The notes under the pieces were generated by a model. The model was not told the origin of the DNA, ran no database searches, and saw nothing but the letters and a program-made list of their open reading frames with translations. This document shows, piece after piece, positions 56,195-64,000 of a DNA stretch of 64,000 bases (within the stretch, counting starts at the first letter, position 1; every line of letters begins with the position of its first letter). Origin of the DNA: an uncultured virus (IMG/VR IMGVR_UViG_2687453470_000001) (taxonomy: Duplodnaviria; Heunggongvirae; Uroviricota; Caudoviricetes); the IMG/VR virus record IMGVR_UViG_2687453470_000001, one strand, 5' to 3'. The position numbers and the translations under genes were made by a program.

Positions 56195-56411
56195 GTTTGA
56201 GGGTAAATCCGGAAAGTGGGCTTGGGAGATTCAAAAAGAACAACAAGCGAAAGTGGAGGAGCTGCAAAAGCGTTTAGATGGGGCATTAAAAGAGACTCAA
56301 TATGCTTTGCAGTATGTTGAAGAAGACATGCGCGGCAATCATGAATTTCTACAAATGGCAATGATTCGAACCCTTAAAGCTATAGAGCAAGTGCTCAAAG
56401 GTGGTGCTTGA
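56187..56411 (+). CDS. Hypothetical protein
   Basis: AAGGAG RBS; homologous to the C-terminus of 9920..10321. Confidence 0.7.
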   Translation: MSEFEGKSGKWAWEIQKEQQAKVEELQKRLDGALKETQYALQYVEEDMRGNHEFLQMAMIRTLKAIEQVLKGGA

Positions 56412-56812
56412 TGTCATCAGTCAGCATTGCTGAATACCGCAAGTTATTTCCCATAAAGAAAAATAAAAAGCGCCGTTCAGCAAAGCAAGTTGCCAGACAA
56501 CCAAGTGTGGGTGAAGTGGTTCTGGCAACGCATTTAAGAGCATGCAAGATTGGATTTGAACAGGAATATAAGTTCCATCCTGAACGCAAATGGAGAGCAG
56601 ATTTTTTAATAAAGGGTTCAAAGATTTTGATTGAGGTAGAAGGCGGGATCTGGAGCGGAGGCCGTCACACAAGAGGCAAGGGCTATTTAGGGGATATGGA
56701 GAAATACAACTCCGCAGCAATGATGGGTTTTACAGTTTTACGGTTCAGTACAGAGCAAGTTAAGTCCGGTATGGCATTAAAGCAAATTGAATTATTAATT
56801 AAGGGTAAATAG
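56408..56812 (+). CDS. DUF559-like endonuclease
   Basis: EYKFHPERKWRADF...IEVEGG.W.GGRHTRG. Confidence 0.82.
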   Translation: MMSSVSIAEYRKLFPIKKNKKRRSAKQVARQPSVGEVVLATHLRACKIGFEQEYKFHPERKWRADFLIKGSKILIEVEGGIWSGGRHTRGKGYLGDMEKYNSAAMMGFTVLRFSTEQVKSGMALKQIELLIKGK

Positions 56813-56822
56813 GAAGGCGATT

Positions 56823-57557
56823 ATGTTGGTTGAAAAGTTTGATTTTATTGAGTTACTTCGCCTTGCTATTGCTCAAAGCGAAGGTAAAGGGAAAATTACT
56901 AAGCATGTTGTTTTGGGAGAAATTGCCTTATTGCCTGCAGGTGCAAAAAAATGGGCAGAATTACTGCTTGAACGTATTGATTTTGAGCGCATTGCAGAAA
57001 TCACAGAAACAAAGAAAATTTATGAGACCAGGATAATTAATGGTAAGGAATCAAAAAAGCGTATTGGTGAAATACCGGGTAAAGTTGAAATAAAAAAAGG
57101 GGAGATTAACTCAGCTGATTTTTTCCGCGTTAGAAACGTACTAGCGGGTAAGATCCATCGTGAAATGATCAAAAAGAACTTTAAGCCAAATAATTGTCAG
57201 GGCGATTTATCAAATGTGGCCAAAGGTATTGCTGAGGTTGTTTTGCGTGGGCGATTATTTACAAAGGCAATGTGTGGCCATTGCCAGGGATTAGGCAAAT
57301 TGGAGTTATTTAATGAAAAGGGATATCCAAGCGGATCTAAGTTTTGTGATAAATGCAGTGGTACGGGGAAACGCCCATATACATTGCATGAAAAAATTAC
57401 GATCGCAAAATTAAAAGTGTCTAAGTCTGGTTATTCTGAGCGATATGAACCATATGAATTAATTGCTGAAGCATGTATCGAAAATTGGGAAAACACCATT
57501 AGAACTAGCCTGGCTAGATCGTTTCATTTTGAACCTGAAGAAATATCATTAGCTTGA
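56823..57557 (+). CDS. Antiterminator Q-like protein with Zn finger
   Basis: CGHCQGLG...CDKCSGTG; followed by pR'. Confidence 0.78.
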   Translation: MLVEKFDFIELLRLAIAQSEGKGKITKHVVLGEIALLPAGAKKWAELLLERIDFERIAEITETKKIYETRIINGKESKKRIGEIPGKVEIKKGEINSADFFRVRNVLAGKIHREMIKKNFKPNNCQGDLSNVAKGIAEVVLRGRLFTKAMCGHCQGLGKLELFNEKGYPSGSKFCDKCSGTGKRPYTLHEKITIAKLKVSKSGYSERYEPYELIAEACIENWENTIRTSLARSFHFEPEEISLA

Positions 57558-57660
57558 CTTAAACAGAACGGTTGAGTATAAGTATTTCTAAAATGGGCGC
57601 TTTATACATGGATCGCCTGAAAAACTTAATAAAAGCTCACTAATTTTAGTGGGCTTTTTG
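57554..57660 (+). promoter_or_regulatory. pR'-like late promoter and terminator
   Basis: TTGACT-17bp-TATAAG; hairpin aaaagctcactaa-tt-ttagtgggcttttt. Confidence 0.72.
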
Positions 57661-57679
57661 CGTATCTAGAGCATTGAAA

Positions 57680-57976
57680 ATGGAAAACACCTGGCATGCT
57701 GACCAAGAAAAACCAGAATTACGGCCAGATGAAAAACCTTTGAATTGCCCATTTTGTGGATCTGATTCAATTTGTACGGATTCTTCACATTATGGAAAAC
57801 CAGATGAAGACGGCTCTATAGCGTGGGATGCTTTCACATGGTGTCATGATTGTGGATCAAAAGGCCCTAGTGCTTGGGCGATGATCGCTTGGGATGAAAA
57901 TTTTCATTACGACACTGTTTATGAAGAAAGATCAATTGTTAATTATGCTATTCGCCAGTGGAATACACGCAAATAA
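57680..57976 (+). CDS. Lar-family restriction alleviation protein
   Basis: L.CPFCGS...C..CG..GP...AI..WNTR. Confidence 0.75.
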   Translation: MENTWHADQEKPELRPDEKPLNCPFCGSDSICTDSSHYGKPDEDGSIAWDAFTWCHDCGSKGPSAWAMIAWDENFHYDTVYEERSIVNYAIRQWNTRK

Positions 57977-58097
57977 GATTTTTAATCTCGTGAGGGGTGT
58001 TTTATAAGCACACCTCTCTTTTAGCCGGACGGATTACGGCGCAAACGGCCCCGCTACATACTAGTTATTGGCGGGGCTTTTTCTTTTTGGAGTATGT

Positions 58098-58289
58098 ATG
58101 ACTGAATTTCAAAAAATTACGCATGAGATTAGACAGCTCCAAGTAGAGTTAAATCATTTAGGAAGCTGCAATACAAAAGACTTAACAGCAGAACAGATCG
58201 CTCACATAGATGAGCGATTTTTTTTGGCCATTGAAAAGCAAAGTAAATTAATTGCTCGTCTCAACAATAAGCCAGAGGGCTTCTTATAA
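58098..58289 (+). CDS. Hypothetical protein
   Basis: GGAG RBS; start 58098. Confidence 0.65.
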   Translation: MTEFQKITHEIRQLQVELNHLGSCNTKDLTAEQIAHIDERFFLAIEKQSKLIARLNNKPEGFL

Positions 58290-58303
58290 ATATTGGTGGT
58301 GCG

Positions 58304-58738
58304 ATGGATCCTAAAAAGTACTATATGCTCACCAGGAAAAAAGAAAGAAAACCCAAGCCAAAGAGCACACCATTACCAAAAGCCAAGCAAAACTATTTAG
58401 AGGCCGAAGCAACTCTAAAAGAAGAATTAATCGAGTTGGCCATTGGTTTTGAAAGTAAGTTTCAGCCGATCCATACCAAACACTGGCGCTTTGATTTTCA
58501 TATAGTGAAATTGCGTTTGCTCATTGAAATTGAGGGTGGTCCCTGGTCTGGTGGGCGTGGTGGAAAGCTGTCAAATAAAGCATGGAGTCTTAATCGATAT
58601 GATCATGCTGAAGAGATGGGTTACAAAATAGAGCGCTTTCATCCAGATTCTATTTTGTCGGGATATGTCATCAACTGGATAAAAAGTGAATTAGCGAGAA
58701 TTGAAGATGGAGCAGATCAGACCATTTCCTCCAACTGA
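58304..58738 (+). CDS. DUF559/Vsr-like protein; homologue of 13449..13916
   Basis: WRFDFH...LIEIEGGPWSGGR. Confidence 0.78.
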   Translation: MDPKKYYMLTRKKERKPKPKSTPLPKAKQNYLEAEATLKEELIELAIGFESKFQPIHTKHWRFDFHIVKLRLLIEIEGGPWSGGRGGKLSNKAWSLNRYDHAEEMGYKIERFHPDSILSGYVINWIKSELARIEDGADQTISSN

Positions 58739-59348
58739 TTTTATGGATCAGGCAGAAGAAGAGGAAGCAATTCGTTTAATACCCGCTCCAGACCTAAAGA
58801 AATGGGTTGTGGCCAACTACTTAACGATAGGTGGACCTCTTTATAACCCTGACCATGACCATATTGCTGAGCTGCTTCACGATAATGAAGAATTTTTAGC
58901 ATTTGCTTGGGCCTCTTCTGCATATAAAAGTAAGCAAGCTATGGTGTTAGGTCAGTGCGAAAAAGTCATGTTCAATGTTGGTGGATGGCGTAAGGCCAGA
59001 CAAGAGCAACAGATGCGTGACTGGTTCGGTTTTGTGCCAACATACTTAATAACTGTCGACGCTTCTTTCTGTGAGCGTGCAAACGATACAGAGTTCTGTT
59101 ATTTGCTTGAACATGAGCTTTACCACATTGGAGTGATGAGAGACGAGGACGGAGAAATTGTTTATAGCGATAGTTCTGGTCTGCCTAAGCACTATCTTGC
59201 TGGTCATGACGTTGAAGAGTTTATTGGCGTAGTTAAACGGTGGGGACCAAGTAAGAATGTTAAGCGACTTATTGAGGTCGCAAAAAATCCGCCGTTTGTT
59301 TCTGATTTAGATATTGCGAGATGCTGCGGGAACTGTGTAATCAATTGA
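58707..59348 (+). CDS. Putative phage metallopeptidase
   Basis: Near-identical to 13885..14526. Confidence 0.8.
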   Translation: MEQIRPFPPTDFMDQAEEEEAIRLIPAPDLKKWVVANYLTIGGPLYNPDHDHIAELLHDNEEFLAFAWASSAYKSKQAMVLGQCEKVMFNVGGWRKARQEQQMRDWFGFVPTYLITVDASFCERANDTEFCYLLEHELYHIGVMRDEDGEIVYSDSSGLPKHYLAGHDVEEFIGVVKRWGPSKNVKRLIEVAKNPPFVSDLDIARCCGNCVIN

Positions 59349-59406
59349 GCCTTATGGCTCTTTTTTTTGTCCTGTTTGCTGTACGTAGCTGTACGAAGGG
59401 GAATTT

Positions 59407-59877
59407 ATGGCAGCACTAAAAGAGCCTGTGAAAATATTTATTGTTCAAGCTCTTGCATGCCGTGATACCCCTCAAGAAGTGGTTGAACAGGTCAAGCAAG
59501 AGTTTGGAGTTGATATTAGTCGTAGCCAATGCGAATGCTATGACCCAACAAAATATTCGGGCAGAAACTTAAGCAAGAAGTTTGTTGAGCTTTTTGAATT
59601 AACCAGAGAGAAGTTTGATAAAGGCTTAATTGATATTCCTATTGCTAATAAGTACTACCGACTGAAGCAATACCAAAGACAGCTTGAGAAGACTAGAAAC
59701 GTCAAAACAGCCTTAAAAATTCTTGAGCAAGCCGCTAAAGACATTGGTGGTCAATTTACTAATCGTCAAGAAATTACAGGCAAAGACGGCGGACCAGTTC
59801 AAACAGTTAATTCTGAAATTCCAGTTCCAATGGAAGATTACTTAAAAGCGCGGAGGGAAGTCTTAGATGAGTACTGA
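59407..59877 (+). CDS. Terminase small subunit
   Basis: Identical to 14585..15055. Confidence 0.82.
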   Translation: MAALKEPVKIFIVQALACRDTPQEVVEQVKQEFGVDISRSQCECYDPTKYSGRNLSKKFVELFELTREKFDKGLIDIPIANKYYRLKQYQRQLEKTRNVKTALKILEQAAKDIGGQFTNRQEITGKDGGPVQTVNSEIPVPMEDYLKARREVLDEY

Positions 59878-61294
59878 TGCGGCTCGGGATAAAGCCATCC
59901 AGATCGAGGCGCAAGAAGATTTATATTTCTTTACAAGGTACATGTTTAAGGAGCGCCGAGGCTACAAATGGATGCAAAATTGGCACCACTTAGAAATCTG
60001 CGAAGCATTAATGAAAGTTTATCGCGGTGAGACTAAGCGGTTAATTATTAACGTACCACCTCGATATTCAAAAACTGAAATTGCTGTAATTAATTTTATG
60101 GCTTGGTGTTTTGGAAAGAAACCTGACTGTGAGTTTATTCATATCAGTTACTCGGCAATGCTTGCCGCAAATAATGCATTTCAGACTCGTAATATGGTTC
60201 AAGAAAAGGCTTATAAAAAGGTCTTTCCTGATCTTAAATTACGTGAGGATAGTAAAGCTAAGGATTTCTGGCGCACAGATGCAGGCGGAGTCTGCTATGC
60301 GACTGGTACTGGCGGTACCATTACAGGTTTTGGTGCAGGCAAAATGCGTGAAGGCTTTGGTGGTTGCATCATCATTGATGACCCGCATAAGGCCGATGAA
60401 GCCAAATCAAAAACTATCCGTGAAGGTGTAATTGACTGGTTCCAAAATACTCTCGAGTCTCGTACTAACTCACCAGAAACGCCAATTATTGTCATTATGC
60501 AGCGTCTTCATGAAGATGATTTGGCTGGATGGCTGCTAGGTGATAGAAAAGACGGCGTTCCTGTAGCTGGTGGTAACGGTGAAGTGTGGGAGCATCTATG
60601 TCTTTCGGCTATTCAAGAAGACGGATCTGCATTGTGGCCAGCAAAACACAATATTCAAAAGTTGAAGCAAATGGAGCAAGCTGCGCCGTATGTTTTTGCC
60701 GGGCAATATCGTCAAATGCCATCACCGCCAGCAGGTGGTTTTTTTAAGCCTGACAATATTGAAATTGTGGATGCTTTACCTGCTGATGTAGTGAAGCAAG
60801 TAAGGGCTTGGGACTTTGGTGCTACTGAGAATGAAGGCGACTTTACAGCAGGTGTTAGAGAAGCTCTTGGCGCAGATGGTTTTACTTACATTGTCGATGT
60901 TACAAGAGGACAGCTTGGTCCAGACAATGTTAATAAGCGCTTAAAACAAGTCACAGAGTTAGATGGGATGGGCGTAACGGTAAGGATTCCTCAAGATCCT
61001 GGTCAAGCTGGTAAATCACAAGCTAGTGCATTCGTAAAACTTCTTGCAGGATATGACGTCAAAGCCAAACCAGTTTCGGGAGACAAACTCACACGTGCAC
61101 AACCTTTTGCGGCGCAAGTTAACGTGGGTAACGTGAGAATGCTTAGAGGTGATTGGAATAAAGACTTTATTGAAGAGCTTCGCAATTTTCCAAATGGAAC
61201 GCATGACGACCAAGTTGATGCTGGTTCAGATGCATTTAATGAATTGAATGGAGGTTTTGAGGCCTTCTTTGCTGATATGGGATTTGCTCGATGA
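59867..61294 (+). CDS. terL: Terminase large subunit
   Basis: Identical to 15045..16472. Confidence 0.95.
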   Translation: MSTDAARDKAIQIEAQEDLYFFTRYMFKERRGYKWMQNWHHLEICEALMKVYRGETKRLIINVPPRYSKTEIAVINFMAWCFGKKPDCEFIHISYSAMLAANNAFQTRNMVQEKAYKKVFPDLKLREDSKAKDFWRTDAGGVCYATGTGGTITGFGAGKMREGFGGCIIIDDPHKADEAKSKTIREGVIDWFQNTLESRTNSPETPIIVIMQRLHEDDLAGWLLGDRKDGVPVAGGNGEVWEHLCLSAIQEDGSALWPAKHNIQKLKQMEQAAPYVFAGQYRQMPSPPAGGFFKPDNIEIVDALPADVVKQVRAWDFGATENEGDFTAGVREALGADGFTYIVDVTRGQLGPDNVNKRLKQVTELDGMGVTVRIPQDPGQAGKSQASAFVKLLAGYDVKAKPVSGDKLTRAQPFAAQVNVGNVRMLRGDWNKDFIEELRNFPNGTHDDQVDAGSDAFNELNGGFEAFFADMGFAR

Positions 61295-62742
61295 GTGACG
61301 TAACTTTTAAACATCCTGAATATGTTAAAAACTTGCCATATTGGCAGAAGCTAGATGATGTGTGTGAAGGCGAGGATGCTGTAAAGGCTAAAGGAGAAAA
61401 GTATCTTCCGAAACCCAATGCTCATGATCAATCACCTGCAAATAAAAGTGCTTATGAGGCTTATCGTACTCGGGCAGTCTTTTATGAAGTAACGGGGACT
61501 ACATCTAATAGTTTAGTTGGTGCAGCTTTTGCAACCGATCCAAGTTTTAAATTTCCTCCAGAACTAGCTCACTTAGAACGCAATGCTAACGGCGCGGGAT
61601 TAAGTGCTTATCAATTGGCACAGAACGGGATCCGACATTTATTAAAGCATTATCGTTGTGCTTTATATGTTGACTATCCTGCAGTTACACCGGCTCGAAA
61701 TCTTGCGGAGTTTAAACAGCAAAAAGCCTACCCGATGATTCACTTATTGAATGCCATTGATGTGATCAATTGGGATTCAATGATGATTGATAACCAGAAA
61801 AAGCTTTGCTTGGTGGTCATCCGTGAATTTACTTCAGAACGAGGCGCTGATGGCTTTAGCAAATCTGAGGTAGAGCAATACAGAGTACTTCGTTTAGAGC
61901 CTGATAATGAAGGAAACTTCATCTATACAGTTCAAGTTTACACAAAAGGCGACAAGGGTACATGGAAGGGCGAAGATAAGAAGTATCCCACTGATAATAA
62001 CGGGGATTTCTGGTCTTATATTCCATTCACTTTTGTGGGGGCTATTGATAACTCTGAAGAGATTAAAAAGCCTCCATTGCTCCCATTGGCTAATCTTAAT
62101 TTAGCTCATTATAGAGATAGTGCGGACTTTCAAGAGTCCGTTTTTTATATGGGCCAACCACAGTTTTATGCTAAGGGAGTTAATTGGGCTTGGTATGACG
62201 AGGCTAAAAAGCGTGGCATTTATATCGGTGCGAAAGTTCTATTACCTTTACCTGAAAACGGTGATTTGGGGATTGTACAAGCAGATCCAAACACATTAGC
62301 ACGGGAAGCTATGAAGGATAAGTGGGAGCAAATGAAGGAGCTTGGTGCTCGACTTATTGAAAAAGGTTCCGCAGCTAAAAAGACTGCTACTGAATCTAAC
62401 AGTGATGATGCCGTGCAGCATTCCGTTCTTTCACTTTGTGTTGTGAATATGAATGAAGCTTTGTCTATGGCTTTACGTTGGGCTGCTAAATTTGTAGTAC
62501 CTAATGTTGATGTTCTGACTAAAGATGAACTGATGTTCGAAATTAGTCAGGAATTTAACAAGCAAGGTTATTTAGCTGAGTTGGCTCGTCAATTGTTTGA
62601 AGCAGCTTTACAAGGTAGATCTTCATTTAAATCATGGTGGGAATACAACCAAACAGGTATGTTCCCTAAACAAAAATATGAAGAAGAGCTTCAGAATGTT
62701 GAAGCAGAGCAAGATGGGACTTTAAATCAAAAGGTAGAGTGA
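61291..62742 (+). CDS. Portal protein
   Basis: Identical to copy 1 except for the last residues. Confidence 0.88.
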   Translation: MSDVTFKHPEYVKNLPYWQKLDDVCEGEDAVKAKGEKYLPKPNAHDQSPANKSAYEAYRTRAVFYEVTGTTSNSLVGAAFATDPSFKFPPELAHLERNANGAGLSAYQLAQNGIRHLLKHYRCALYVDYPAVTPARNLAEFKQQKAYPMIHLLNAIDVINWDSMMIDNQKKLCLVVIREFTSERGADGFSKSEVEQYRVLRLEPDNEGNFIYTVQVYTKGDKGTWKGEDKKYPTDNNGDFWSYIPFTFVGAIDNSEEIKKPPLLPLANLNLAHYRDSADFQESVFYMGQPQFYAKGVNWAWYDEAKKRGIYIGAKVLLPLPENGDLGIVQADPNTLAREAMKDKWEQMKELGARLIEKGSAAKKTATESNSDDAVQHSVLSLCVVNMNEALSMALRWAAKFVVPNVDVLTKDELMFEISQEFNKQGYLAELARQLFEAALQGRSSFKSWWEYNQTGMFPKQKYEEELQNVEAEQDGTLNQKVE

Positions 62743-62743
62743 G

Positions 62744-63847
62744 ATGGCAACAGATATCAAAAAACTATTTGAAGTACTCACTCAGCACCAGGCCTATCTT
62801 TATCGTGCTTCATCAAAAACGGTAAATGAGTTATTGGCTTTATTCAATGATGATACGAGCAAGATGCTATCTAAGCTTCGGGATTTATTGGATGAGCTTA
62901 ATGAGTCGGAGAAAGTTGCTTTAGCTGGTGGTAAATATACAACTTCAAATTTAAGGGAAATTAGGGATTTGATTGCCCAATGGTTTGCCAGTGTTAATTT
63001 AGCATTACCTGAAGCTTTTGCCGTTTCTGCTACGGCGCTGGCTGTTTATGAGGCCAATTACGTAGCTAAGCTCTATGGAGCAAAAATTAATAAGCCTGAT
63101 GGGGAAAAACTATTCTTATCCGCTAAAAAAGTTCCGTTGGCAGGTGGCGCTCTTGTCGATGATCTGCTTTCAAGAATTGCTGAAAGTGCCCGTCAAAAGG
63201 TTGAGTATGCAATTCGAGATGGTATTAATTCAGGCAAAACTAACCAAGAAATTGTTCAGCGTATTCGTGGTACCAAACGGCTTAACTATGAAGATGGGAT
63301 CTTAAATGGTACCAAAACTGATATTGAGCGAACGGTAAGAACTGTGCGAAGTCATGTAGCTAATCAAGCCTATCTAAATAGCTTCAACCAAATTGGCTTT
63401 GAATATGTCCGATTTGTTAGCGTTTTAGATGGACGAACTTCTAAGCTTTGCGCTTCATTAGATGGTTCAGTGTGGGAAATAAATGATCCGGCAAAGCGAG
63501 TGCCGCCGTTACATCCTAACTGTCGCAGTATCTTGGTTCCGGTCGAGAAGGACGGTCAACTTGTTGGCGAACGGCCATTTGTAATGGACGAACGTAGAGT
63601 TAAAGACATCCCCAAAGAAGAGCGAAGCCAGTTAATAGGACAGTTAGATGCAAACACCACATTCAAAGAGTTCTTTAAGAAAACAGATGATTTCTTTCAA
63701 AGGGAGTGGCTAGGGCCAAAGCGCTTTAAGCTCTATAAAGATGGGAAATTTGATTTTGATAAGTTCTTTGATCCTGAAGGCCGTTTCTATAGCTTAGATG
63801 ATTTGAGAAAGTTGGATGAAAAAGCTTTTAAAAAGTTGGGTCTGTAA
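62744..63847 (+). CDS. Head morphogenesis protein
   Basis: Diverged homologue of 17922..19025. Confidence 0.9.
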   Translation: MATDIKKLFEVLTQHQAYLYRASSKTVNELLALFNDDTSKMLSKLRDLLDELNESEKVALAGGKYTTSNLREIRDLIAQWFASVNLALPEAFAVSATALAVYEANYVAKLYGAKINKPDGEKLFLSAKKVPLAGGALVDDLLSRIAESARQKVEYAIRDGINSGKTNQEIVQRIRGTKRLNYEDGILNGTKTDIERTVRTVRSHVANQAYLNSFNQIGFEYVRFVSVLDGRTSKLCASLDGSVWEINDPAKRVPPLHPNCRSILVPVEKDGQLVGERPFVMDERRVKDIPKEERSQLIGQLDANTTFKEFFKKTDDFFQREWLGPKRFKLYKDGKFDFDKFFDPEGRFYSLDDLRKLDEKAFKKLGL

Positions 63848-63891
63848 TTTTTCTTATGTTATATTTTTTAAAACATCAGAATTTATACAAT

Positions 63892-64000
63892 ATGAAAACA
63901 ATAGCTTTTGTATGTCTAACCCTAATTTCCATCACTTGTTTAGCTGAACCAAGTCAAAAATATCTTAAAGAATATGATCGATTGTCTGAAGCTTTGGAGT
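63892..64000 (+). CDS. Partial secreted protein (moron; MKTIAFVCLTLISITCLA...)
   Basis: Signal-peptide-like N-terminus; runs off the window. Confidence 0.55.
   Translation, partial: MKTIAFVCLTLISITCLAEPSQKYLKEYDRLSEALE

Larger units (their letters stand above)
58998..62627 (+). repeat. ~3.63 kb direct repeat, copy 2
   Basis: Matches 14176..17805. Confidence 0.88.
43921..64000. mobile_element. Prophage 2 (integrase-less left end; continues beyond window)
   Basis: xis, early-left, cI/cro/cII, rep, DnaC, Q, terminase, portal and head genes. Confidence 0.93.

Noticed and set aside
1..64000. tRNA, rRNA, IS elements or an intact integrase
   Set aside because: None recognised by eye; tRNAscan-SE and ISfinder would be needed to exclude them

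Overview
The whole window is prophage DNA: parts of two lambdoid, long-tailed (siphovirus-like) prophages lying head-to-tail. Gene content and AT-rich composition suggest Acinetobacter (inference). Prophage 1 (1-~43920) runs from the leftward early genes (ERF recombinase, frameshifted ExoX-like exonuclease) through cI/cro, replication (two PAPS-reductase-like genes, one a lambda NinC homologue), Q, Dam, packaging, head, tail and lysis to an AT-rich three-gene cargo. That cargo's last gene is cut short and abuts prophage 2 (~43920-64000, continuing beyond the window) with no intact integrase at the junction. Prophage 2 carries xis, a Sak4-like recombinase, a single-chain R-M enzyme in the immunity region, a cI/cro with different operators, rep/DnaC, Q, Lar and packaging/head genes. 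The two share an apparently identical ~3.63 kb terminase-portal block (14176-17805 / 58998-62627, offset 44,822 bp) between divergent flanks. Main leads: the integrase-less junction and hybrid architecture; the three-gene cargo with a truncated ART-like toxin; tandem Gp49/Acb4-like genes; a circularly permuted M23 domain in the tape measure; a C-terminal domain shared by unrelated recombinases; and several structured RNA elements. All family calls come from recognising motifs by eye; no searches were run.
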